From Eledone cirrhosa (Eukaryota), in the NCBI GenBank assembly GCA_964016885.1, contig OZ024756.1, positions 1,550,001 through 1,614,000 on the forward strand: DNA of 64,000 nt, in the 5' to 3' direction. Shown piece after piece: positions 11,984-23,630 of this stretch; position 1 is the stretch's first letter; each line of letters opens with the position of its first letter. A model generated the notes under the pieces. It saw nothing but the letters and a program-made list of their open reading frames with translations, was not told where the DNA came from and did no database searches. A program made the position numbers and the translations under genes.

Positions 11984-14391
11984 AAGTGTGCAGTGTCAAT
12001 GATCTGGTCCTCTGTCTTGCTGACTTCAGTACATCTATGAAGTGTGCAGTGTCAGTGATCTGGTCCTCCGTCTTGCTGTCTTCAGTTCATCTATGAAGTG
12101 TGCAGTGTCAGTGATCTGGTCCTCCGTCTTGCTGTCTTCAGTACATCTATGAAGTGTGCAGTGCCAGTGATCTGGTCCTCTGTCTTGCTGTCTTCAGTAC
12201 ATCTATGAAGTGTGCAGTGTCAGTGATCTGGTCCTCCGTCTTGCTGTCTTCATTTCATCTATGAAGTGTGCAGTGTCAGTGATCTGGTCCTCCGTCTTGC
12301 TGTCTTCAGTTCATCTATGAAGTGTGCAGTGGCAGTGATCTGGTCCTCTGTCTTGCTGTCTTCAGTACATCTATGAAGTGTGCAGTGTCAGTGATCTGGT
12401 CCTCCGTTTTGCTGTCTTCAGTTCATCTATGAAGTGTGCAGTGTCAGTGATCTGGTCCTCTGTCTTGCTGTCTTCAGTACATCTGTGAAGTGTGCAGTGT
12501 CAGTGATCTCGTCCTCTGTCTTGCTGTCTTCAGTACATCAATGAAGTGTGCAGTGTCAGTGATCTGGTCCTCCGTCTTGCTGTCTTCAGTACATCTATGA
12601 AGTGTGCAGTGTCAGTGATCTGGTCCTCTGTCTTGCTGTCTTCAGTACATCTATGAAGTGTGCAGTGTCAGTGATCTGGTCCTCCGTCTTGCTGTCTTCA
12701 GTTCATCTATGAAGTGTGCAGTGTCAGTGATCTGGTCCTCCGTCTTGCTGTCTACAGTACATCTATGAAGTGTGCAGTGTCAGTGATCTGGTCCTCTGTC
12801 TTGCTGTCTTCAGTACATCTATGAAGTGTGCAGTGTCAGTGATCTGGTCCTCCGTCTTGCTGTCTTCATTTCATCTATGAAGTGTGCAGTGTCAGTGATC
12901 TGGTCCTCCGTCTTGCTGTCTTCAGTTCATCTATGAAGTGTGCAGTGGCAGTGATCTGGTCCTCTGTCTTGCTGTCTTCAGTACATCTATGAAGTGTGCA
13001 GTGTCAGTGATCTAGTCCTCCGTCTTGCTGTCTTCAGTTCATCTATGAAGTGTGCAGTGTCAGTGATCTGGTCCTCTGTCTTGCTGTCTTCAGTACATCT
13101 GTGAAGTGTGCAGTGTCAGTGATCTGGTCCTCTGTCTTGCTGTCTTCAGTACATCTATGAAGTGTGCAGTGTCAATGATCTGGTCCTCTGTCTTGCTGAC
13201 TTCAGTACATCTATGAAGTGTGCAGTGTCAGTGATCTGGTCCTCCGTCTTGCTGTCTTCAGTTCATCTATGAAGTGTGCAGTGTCATTGATCTGGTCCTC
13301 CGTCTTGCTGTCTTCAGTACATCTATGAAGTGTGCAGTGTCAGTGATCTGGTCCTCTGTCTTGCTGTCTTCAGTACATCTATGAAGTGTGCAGTGTCAGT
13401 GATCTGGTCCTCCGTCTTGCTGTCTTCATTTCATCTATGAAGTGTGCAGTGTCAGTGATCTGGTCCTCCGTCTTGCTGTCTTCAGTTCATCTATGAAGTG
13501 TGCAGTGGCAGTGATCTGGTCCTCTGTCTTGCTGTATTCAGTACATCTATGAAGTGTGCAGTGTCAGTGATCTGGTCCTCCGTTTTGCTGTCTTCAGTTC
13601 ATCTATGAAGTGTGCAGTGTCAGTGATCTGGTCCTCTGTCTTGCTGTCTTCAGTACATCTGTGAAGTGTGCAGTGTCAGTGATCTCGTCCTCTGTCTTGC
13701 TGTCTTCAGTACATCAATGAAGTGTGCAGTGTCAGTGATCTGGTCCTCCGTCTTGCTGTCTTCAGTACATCTATGAAGTGTGCAGTGTCAGTGATCTGGT
13801 CCTCTGTCTTGCTGTCTTCAGTACATCTATGAAGTGTGCAGTGTCAGTGATCTGGTCCTCCGTCTTGCTGTCTTCAGTTCATCTATGAAGTGTGCAGTGT
13901 CAGTGATCTGGTCCTCCGTCTTGCTGTCTACAGTACATCTATGAAGTGTGCAGTGTCAGTGATCTGGTCCTCTGTCTTGCTGTCTTCAGTACATCTATGA
14001 AGTGTGCAGTGTCAGTGATCTGGTCCTCCGTCTTGCTGTCTTCATTTCATCTATGAAGTGTGCAGTGTCAGTGATCTGGTCCTCCGTCTTGCTGTCTTCA
14101 GTTCATCTATGAAGTGTGCAGTGGCAGTGATCTGGTCCTCTGTCTTGCTGTCTTCAGTACATCTATGAAGTGTGCAGTGTCAGTGATCTAGTCCTCCGTC
14201 TTGCTGTCTTCAGTTCATCTATGAAGTGTGCAGTGTCAGTGATCTGGTCCTCTGTCTTGCTGTCTTCAGTACATCTGTGAAGTGTGCAGTGTCAGTGATC
14301 TGGTCCTCTGTCTTGCTGTCTTCAGTACATCTATGAAGTGTGCAGTGTCAATGATCTGGTCCTCTGTCTTGCTGACTTCAGTACATCTATG
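11984..14391. repeat. Local 21-monomer (1,176 bp) higher-order repeat, also present at about 1.5-2.8 kb, 4.0-5.3 kb and 15.2-16.4 kb
   Basis: The tgAct variant occurs at 12023, 13199 and 14375 (spacing 1176), and also at 1607/2783, 4071/5247 and 15215/16391. The tctAca variant occurs at 12754/13930. Confidence 0.85.
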
Positions 14392-17359
14392 AAGTGTGCA
14401 GTGTCAGTGATCTGGTCCTCCGTCTTGCTGTCTTCAGTTCATCTATGAAGTGTGCAGTGTCAGTGATCTGGTCCTCCGTCTTGCTGTCTTCAGTACATCT
14501 ATGAAGTGTGCAGTGTCAGTGATCTGGTCCTCTGTCTTGCTGTCTTCAGTACATCTATGAAGTGTGCAGTGTCAGTGATCTGGTCCTCCGTCTTGCTGTC
14601 TTCATTTCATCTATGAAGTGTGCAGTGTCAGTGATCTGGTCCTCCGTCTTGCTGTCTTCAGTTCATCTATGAAGTGTGCAGTGTCAGTGATCTGGTCCTC
14701 TGTCTTGCTGTCTTCAGTACATCTGTGAAGTGTGCAGTGTCAGTGATCTCGTCCTCTGTCTTGCTGTCTTCAGTACATCAATGAAGTGTGCAGTGTCAGT
14801 GATCTCGTCCTCTGTCTTGCTGTCTTCAGTACATCTATGAAGTGTGCACTGTCAGTGATCTCGTCCTCTGTCTTGCTGTCTTCAGTACATCTATGAGGTG
14901 TGCAGTGTCAGTGATCTGGTCCTCTGTCTTGCTGTCTTCAGTACATCTATGAAGTGTGCAGTGTCAGTGATCTGGTCCTCCGTCTTGCTGTCTTCAGTTC
15001 ATCTATGAAGTGTGCAGTGTCAGTGATCTGGTCCTCCGTCTTGCTGTCTTCAGTACATCTATGAAGTGTGCAGTGTCAGTGATCTGGTCCTCTGTCTTGC
15101 TGTCTTCAGTACATCTATGAAGTGTGCAGTGTCAGTGATCTGGTCCTCTGTCTTGCTGTCTTCAGTACATCTATGAAGTGTGCAGTGTCAATGATCTGGT
15201 CCTCTGTCTTGCTGACTTCAGTACATCTATGAAGTGTGCAGTGTCAGTGATCTGGTCCTCCGTCTTGCTGTCTTCAGTTCATCTATGAAGTGTGCAGTGT
15301 CAGTGATCTGGTCCTCCGTCTTGCTGTCTTCAGTACATCTATGAAGTGTGCAGTGTCAGTGATCTGGTCCTCTGTCTTGCTGTCTTCAGTACATCTATGA
15401 AGTGTGCAGTGTCAGTGATCTGGTCCTCCGTCTTGCTGTCTTCATTTCATCTATGAAGTGTGCAGTGTCAGTGATCTGGTCCTCCGTCTTGCTGTCTTCA
15501 GTTCATCTATGAAGTGTGCAGTGTCAGTGATCTGGTCCTCCGTCTTGCTGTCTTCAGTTCATCTATGAAGTGTGCAGTGGCAGTGATCTGGTCCTCCGTC
15601 TTGCTGTCTTCAGTTCATCTATGAAGTGTGCAGTGTCAGTGATCTGGTCCTCTGTCTTGCTGTCTTCAGTACATCTGTGAAGTGTGCAGTGTCAGTGATC
15701 TCGTCCTCTGTCTTGCTGTCTTCAGTACATCAATGAAGTTTGCAGTGTCAGTGATCTGGTCCTCCGTCTTGCTGTCTTCAGTACATCTATGAAGTGTGCA
15801 GTGTCAGTGATCTGGTCCTCTGTCTTGCTGTCTTCAGTACATCTATGAAGTGTACAGTGTCAGTGATCTGGTCCTCCGTCTTGCTGTCTTCAGTTCATCT
15901 ATGAAGTGTGCAGTGTCAGTGATCTGGTCCTCCGTCTTGCTGTCTTCAGTACATCTATGAAGTGTGCAGTGTCAGTGATCTGGTCCTCTGTCTTGCTGTC
16001 TTCAGTACATCTATGAAGTGTGCAGTGTCAGTGATCTGGTCCTCCGTCTTGCTGTCTTCATTTCATCTATGAAGTGTGCAGTGTCAGTGATCTGGTCCTC
16101 CGTCTTGCTGTCTTCAGTTCATCTATGAAGTGTGCAGTGGCAGTGATCTGGTCCTCTGTCTTGCTGTCTTCAGTACATCTATGAAGTGTGCAGTGTCAGT
16201 GATCTAGTCCTCCGTCTTGCTGTCTTCAGTTCATCTATGAAGTGTGCAGTGTCAGTGATCTGGTCCTCTGTCTTGCTGTCTTCAGTACATCTGTGAAGTG
16301 TGCAGTGTCAGTGATCTGGTCCTCTGTCTTGCTGTCTTCAGTACATCTATGAAGTGTGCAGTGTCAATGATCTGGTCCTCTGTCTTGCTGACTTCAGTAC
16401 ATCTATGAAGTGTGCAGTGTCAGTGATCTGGTCCTCCGTCTTGCTGTCTTCAGTTCATCTATGAAGTGTGCAGTGTCAGTGATCTGGTCCTCCGTCTTGC
16501 TGTCTTCAGTACATCTATGAAGTGTGCAGTGTCAGTGATCTGGTCCTCTGTCTTGCTGTCTTCAGTACATCTGTGAAGTGTGCAGTGTCAGTGATCTGGT
16601 CCTCTGTCTTGCTGTCTTCAGTACATCTATGAAGTGTGCAGTGTCAATGATCTGGTCCTCTGTCTTGCTGACTTCAGTACATCTATGAAGTGTGCAGTGT
16701 CAGTGATCTGGTCCTCCGTCTTGCTGTCTTCAGTTCATCTATGAAGTGTGCAGTGTCAGTGATCTGGTCCTCCGTCTTGCTGTCTTCAGTACATCTATGA
16801 AGTGTGCAGTGTCAGTGATCTGGTCCTCTGTCTTGCTGTCTTCAGTACATCTATGAAGTGTGCAGTGTCAGTGATCTGGTCCTCCGTCTTGCTGTCTTCA
16901 TTTCATCTATGAAGTGTGCAGTGTCAGTGATCTGGTCCTCCGTCTTGCTGTCTTCAGTTCATCTATGAAGTGTGCAGTGGCAGTGATCTGGTCCTCTGTC
17001 TTGCTGTCTTCAGTACATCTATGAAGTGTGCAGTGTCAGTGATCTGGTCCTCCGTCTTGCTGTCTTCAGTTCATCTATGAAGTGTGCAGTGTCAGTGATC
17101 TGGTCCTCTGTCTTGCTGTCTTCAGTACATCTGTGAAGTGTGCAGTGTCAGTGATCTCGTCCTCTGTCTTGCTGTCTTCAGTACATCAATGAAGTGTGCA
17201 GTGTCAGTGATCTGGTCCTCCGTCTTGCTGTCTTCAGTACATCTATGAAGTGTGCAGTGTCAGTGATCTGGTCCTCTGTCTTGCTGTCTTCAGTACATCT
17301 ATGAAGTGTGCAGTGTCAGTGATCTGGTCCTCCGTCTTGCTGTCTTCAGTTCATCTATG

Positions 17360-20300
17360 AAGTGTGCAGTGTCAGTGATCTGGTCCTCCGTCTTGCTGTC
17401 TTCAGTACATCTATGAAGTGTGCAGTGTCAGTGATCTGGTCCTCTGTCTTGCTGTCTTCAGTACATCTATGAAGTGTGCAGTGTCAGTGATCTGGTCCTC
17501 CGTCTTGCTGTCTTCATTTCATCTATGAAGTGTGCAGTGTCAGTGATCTGGTCCTCCGTCTTGCTGTCTTCAGTTCATCTATGAAGTGTGCAGTGGCAGT
17601 GATCTGGTCCTCTGTCTTGCTGTCTTCAGTACATCTATGAAGTGTGCAGTGTCAATGATCTGGTCCTCTGTCTTGCTGACTTCAGTACATCTATGAAGTG
17701 TGCAGTGTCAGTGATCTGGTCCTCCGTCTTGCTGTCTTCAGTTCATCTATGAAGTGTGCAGTGTCAGTGATCTGGTCCTCCGTCTTGCTGTCTTCAGTAC
17801 ATCTATGAAGTGTGCAGTGTCAGTGATCTGGTCCTCCGTCTTGCTGTCTTCATTTCATCTATGAAGTGTGCAGTGTCAGTGATCTGGTCCTCCGTCTTGC
17901 TGTCTTCAGTTCATCTATGAAGTGTGCAGTGGCAGTGATCTGGTCCTCTGTCTTGCTGTCTTCAGTACATCTATGAAGTGTGCAGTGTCAGTGATCTAGT
18001 CCTCCGTCTTGCTGTCTTCAGTTCATCTATGAAGTGTGCAGTGTCAGTGATCTGGTCCTCTGTCTTGCTGTCTTCAGTACATCTGTGAAGTGTGCAGTGT
18101 CAGTGATCTGGTCCTCTGTCTTGCTGTCTTCAGTACATCTATGAAGTGTGCAGTGTCAATGATCTGGTCCTCTGTCTTGCTGACTTCAGTACATCTATGA
18201 AGTGTGCAGTGTCAGTGATCTGGTCCTCCGTCTTGCTGTCTTCAGTTCATCTATGAAGTGTGCAGTGTCAGTGATCTGGTCCTCCGTCTTGCTGTCTTCA
18301 GTACATCTATGAAGTGTGCAGTGTCAGTGATCTGGTCCTCTGTCTTGCTGTCTTCAGTACATCTATGAAGTGTGCAGTGTCAGTGATCTGGTCCTCCGTC
18401 TTGCTGTCTTCATTTCATCTATGAAGTGTGCAGTGTCAGTGATCTGGTCCTCCGTCTTGCTGTCTTCAGTTCATCTATGAAGTGTGCAGTGGCAGTGATC
18501 TGGTCCTCTGTCTTGCTGTCGTCAGTACATCTATGAAGTGTGCAGTGTCAGTGATCTGGTCCTCCGTCTTGCTGTCTTCAGTTCATCTATGAAGTGTGCA
18601 GTGTCAGTGATCTGGTCCTCTGTCTTGCTGTCTTCAGTATATCTGTGAAGTGTGCAGTGTCAGTGATCTCGTCCTCTGTCTTGCTGTCTTCAGTACATCA
18701 ATGAAGTGTGCAGTGTCAGTGATCTCGTCCTCTGTCTTGCTGTCTTCAGTACATCTATGAAGTGTGCAGTGTCAGTGATCTCGTCCTCTGTCTTGCTGTC
18801 TTCAGTACATCTATGAGGTGTGCAGTGTCAGTGATCTGGTCCTCTGTCTTGCTGTCTTCAGTTCATCTATGAAGTGTGCAGTGTCAGTGATCTGGTCCTC
18901 CGTCTTGCTGTCTTCAGTACATCTATGAAGTGTGCAGTGTCAGTGATCTGGTCCTCTGTCTTGCTGTCTTCAGTACATCTATGAAGTGTGCAGTGTCAGT
19001 GATCTGGTCCTCTGTCTTGCTGTCTTCAGTACATCTATGAAGTGTGCAGTGTCAATGATCTGGTCCTCTGTCTTGCTGACTTCAGTACATCTATGAAGTG
19101 TGCAGTGTCAGTGATCTGGTCCTCCGTCTTGCTGTCTTCAGTTCATCTATGAAGTGTGCAGTGTCAGTGATCTGGTCCTCCGTCTTGCTGTCTTCAGTAC
19201 ATCTATGAAGTGTGCAGTGTCAGTGATCTGGTCCTCTGTCTTGCTGTCTTCAGTACATCTATTAAGTGTGCAGTGTCAGTGATCTGGTCCTCCGTCTTGC
19301 TGTCTTCATTTCATCTATGAAGTGTGCAGTGTCAGTGATCTGGTCCTCCGTCTTGCTGTCTTCAGTTCATGTATGAAGTGTGCAGTGTCAGTGATCTGGT
19401 CCTCCGTCTTGCTGTCTTCAGTTCATCTATGAAGTGTGCTGTGGCAGTGATCTGGTCCTCCGTCTTGCTGTCTTCAGTTCATCTATGAAGTGTGCAGTGT
19501 CAGTGATCTGGTCCTCTGTCTTGCTGTCTTCAGTACATCTGTGAAGTGTGCAGTGTAAGTGATCTGGTCCTCCGTCTTGCTGTCTTCAGTTCATCTATGA
19601 AGTGTGCAGTGTCAGTGATCTGGTCCTCTGTCTTGCTGTCTTCAGTACATCTGTGAAGTGTGCAGTGTCAGTGATCTGGTCCTCTGTCTTGCTGTCTTCA
19701 GTACATCTATGAAGTGTGCAGTGTCAGTGATCTGGTCCTCTGTCTTGCTGTCTTCAGTTCATCTATGAAGTGTGCAGTGTCAGTGATCTGGTCCTCTGTC
19801 TTGCTGTCTTCAGTTCATCTATGAATTGTGCAGTGTCAGTGATCTGGTCCTCTGTCTTGCTGTCTTCAGTTCAACTATGAAGTGTGCAGTGTCAATGATC
19901 TGGTCCTCTGTCTTGCTGTCTTCAGTACATCTATTAAGTGTGCAGTGTCAGTGATCTGGTCCTCTGTCTTGCTGTCTTCAGTTCATCTATGAAGTGTGCA
20001 GTGTCAGTGATCTGGTCCTCTGTCTTGCTGTCTTCGGTTCATCTATGAAGTGTGCAGTGTCAGTGATCTGGTCCTCTATCTTGCTGTCTTCAGTACATCT
20101 ATGAAGTGTGCAGTGTCAGTGATCTGGTCCTCTATCTTGCCGTCTTCAGTTCATCTATGAATTGTGTAGTGTCAGTGATCTGGTCCTCTGTCTTGCTGTC
20201 TTCAGTTCATCTATGAAGTGTGCAGTGTCAGTGATCAGGTCCTCTGTCTTGCTGTCTTCAGTACATCTATGAAGTGTGCAGTGTCAGTGATCTAGTCCTC

Positions 20301-23300
20301 TGTCTTGCTGTCTTCAGTTCATCTATGAAGTGTGCAGTGTCAGTGATCTTGTCCGCTGTCTTGCCGTCTTCAGTACATCTATGAAGGGTGCAGTGTCAGT
20401 GATCTCGTCCTCTGTCTTGCTGTCTTCAGTACATCAATGAAGTGTGCAGTGTCAGTGATCTCGTCCTCTGTCTTGCTGTCTTCAGTACATCTATGAAGTG
20501 TGCAGTGTCAGTGATCTGGTCCTCTGTCTTGCTGTCTTCAGTACATCTATGAAGTGTGCAGTGTCAGTGATCTGGTCCTCCGTCTTGCTGTCTTCAGTAC
20601 ATCTATGAAGTGTGCAGTGTCAGTGATCTGGTCCTCTGTCTTGCTGTCTTCAGTACATCTATGAAGTGTGCAGTGTCAGTGATCTGGTCCTCCGTCTTGC
20701 TGTCTTCATTTCATCTATGAAGTGTGCAGTGTCAGTGATCTGGTCCTCCGTCTTGCTGTCTTCAGTTCATCTATGAAGTGTGCAGTGGCAGTGATCTGGT
20801 CCTCTGTCTTGCTGTCTTCAGTACATCTATGAAGTGTGCAGTGTCAATGATCTGGTCCTCTGTCTTGCTGACTTCAGTACATCTATGAAGTGTGCAGTGT
20901 CAGTGATCTGGTCCTCCGTCTTGCTGTCTTCAGTTCATCTATGAAGTGTGCAGTGTCAGTGATCTGGTCCTCCGTCTTGCTGTCTTCAGTACATCTATGA
21001 AGTGTGCAGTGTCAGTGATCTGGTCCTCCGTCTTGCTGTCTTCATTTCATCTATGAAGTGTGCAGTGTCAGTGATCTGGTCCTCCGTCTTGCTGTCTTCA
21101 GTTCATCTATGAAGTGTGCAGTGGCAGTGATCTGGTCCTCTGTCTTGCTGTCTTCAGTACATTTATGAAGTGTGCAGTGTCAGTGATCTAGTCCTCCGTC
21201 TTGCTGTCTTCAGTTCATCTATGAAGTGTGCAGTGTCAGTGATCTGGTCCTCTGTCTTGCTGTCTTCAGTACATCTGTGAAGTGTGCAGTGTCAGTGATC
21301 TGGTCCTCTGTCTTGCTGTCTTCAGTACATCTATGAAGTGTGCAGTGTCAATGATCTGGTCCTCTGTCTTGCTGACTTCAGTACATCTATGAAGTGTGCA
21401 GTGTCAGTGATCTGGTCCTCCGTCTTGCTGTCTTCAGTTCATCTATGAAGTGTGCAGTGTCAGTGATCTGGTCCTCCGTCTTGCTGTCTTCAGTACATCT
21501 ATGAAGTGTGCAGTGTCAGTGATCTGGTCCTCTGTCTTGCTGTCTTCAGTACATCTATGAAGTGTGCAGTGTCAGTGATCTGGTCCTCCGTCTTGCTGTC
21601 TTCATTTCATCTATGAAGTGTGCAGTGTCAGTGATCTGGTCCTCCGTCTTGCTGTCTTCAGTTCATCTATGAAGTGTGCAGTGGCAGTGATCTGGTCCTC
21701 TGTCTTGCTGTCGTCAGTACATCTATGAAGTGTGCAGTGTCAGTGATCTGGTCCTCCGTCTTGCTGTCTTCAGTTCATCTATGAAGTGTGCAGTGTCAGT
21801 GATCTGGTCCTCTGTCTTGCTGTCTTCAGTATATCTGTGAAGTGTGCAGTGTCAGTGATCTCGTCCTCTGTCTTGCTGTCTTCAGTACATCAATGAAGTG
21901 TGCAGTGTCAGTGATCTCGTCCTCTGTCTTGCTGTCTTCAGTACATCTATGAAGTGTGCAGTGTCAGTGATCTCGTCCTCTGTCTTGCTGTCTTCAGTAC
22001 ATCTATGAGGTGTGCAGTGTCAGTGATCTGGTCCTCTGTCTTGCTGTCTTCAGTTCATCTATGAAGTGTGCAGTGTCAGTGATCTGGTCCTCCGTCTTGC
22101 TGTCTTCAGTACATCTATGAAGTGTGCAGTGTCAGTGATCTGGTCCTCTGTCTTGCTGTCTTCAGTACATCTATGAAGTGTGCAGTGTCAGTGATCTGGT
22201 CCTCTGTCTTGCTGTCTTCAGTACATCTATGAAGTGTGCAGTGTCAATGATCTGGTCCTCTGTCTTGCTGACTTCAGTACATCTATGAAGTGTGCAGTGT
22301 CAGTGATCTGGTCCTCCGTCTTGCTGTCTTCAGTTCATCTATGAAGTGTGCAGTGTCAGTGATCTGGTCCTCCGTCTTGCTGTCTTCAGTACATCTATGA
22401 AGTGTGCAGTGTCAGTGATCTGGTCCTCTGTCTTGCTGTCTTCAGTACATCTATGAAGTGTGCAGTGTCAGTGATCTGGTCCTCCGTCTTGCTGTCTTCA
22501 TTTCATCTATGAAGTGTGCAGTGTCAGTGATCTGGTCCTCCGTCTTGCTGTCTTCAGTTCATGTATGAAGTGTGCAGTGTCAGTGATCTGGTCCTCCGTC
22601 TTGCTGTCTTCAGTTCATCTATGAAGTGTGCAGTGGCAGTGATCTGGTCCTCCGTCTTGCTGTCTTCAGTTCATCTATGAAGTGTGCAGTGTCAGTGATC
22701 TGGTCCTCTGTCTTGCTGTCTTCAGTACATCTGTGAAGTGTGCAGTGTAAGTGATCTGGTCCTCCGTCTTGCTGTCTTCAGTTCATCTGTGAAGTGTGCA
22801 GTGTCAGTGATCTGGTCCTCTGTCTTGCTGTCTTCAGTACATCTATGAAGTGTGCAGTGTCAGTGATCTGGTCCTCTGTCTTGCTGTCTTCAGTTCATCT
22901 ATGAAGTGTGCAGTGTCAGTGATCTGGTCCTCTGTCTTGCTGTCTTCAGTTCATCTATGAATTGTGCAGTGTCAGTGATCTGGTCCTCTGTCTTGCTGTC
23001 TTCAGTTCAACTATGAAGTGTGCAGTGTCAATGATCTGGTCCTCTGTCTTGCTGTCTTCAGTACATCTATTATGTGTGCAGTGTCAGTGATCTGGTCCTC
23101 TGTCTTGCTGTCTTCAGTTCATCTATGAAGTGTGCAGTGTCAGTGATCTGGTCCTCTGTCTTGCTGTCTTCGGTTCATCTATGAAGTGTGCAGTGTCAGT
23201 GATCTGGTCCTCTATCTTGCTGTCTTCAGTACATCTATGAAGTGTGCAGTGTCAGTGATCTGGTCCTCTATCTTGCCGTCTTCAGTTCATCTATGAATTG

Positions 23301-23630
23301 TGTAGTGTCAGTGATCTGGTCCTCTGTCTTGCTGTCTTCAGTTCATCTATGAAGTGTGCAGTGTCAGTGATCAGGTCCTCTGTCTTGCTGTCTTCAGTAC
23401 ATCTATGAAGTGTGCAGTGTCAGTGATCTAGTCCTCTGTCTTGCTGTCTTCAGTTCATCTATGAAGTGTGCAGTGTCAGTGATCTTGTCCGCTGTCTTGC
23501 CGTCTTCAGTACATCTATGAAGGGTGCAGTGTCAGTGATCTCGTCCTCTGTCTTGCTGTCTTCAGTACATCAATGAAGTGTGCAGTGTCAGTGATCTCGT
23601 CCTCTGTCTTGCTGTCTTCAGTACATCTAT
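17360..23630. repeat. Nested tandem duplication of about 57 monomers (second copy one monomer shorter), itself re-copied at +10,416
   Basis: gtcGtcag at 18521/21713 gives offset 3192 (57 units). gtccGctg at 20355/23491 gives offset 3136 (56 units), after the fused monomer at 22736. Boundaries are approximate. Confidence 0.85.
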
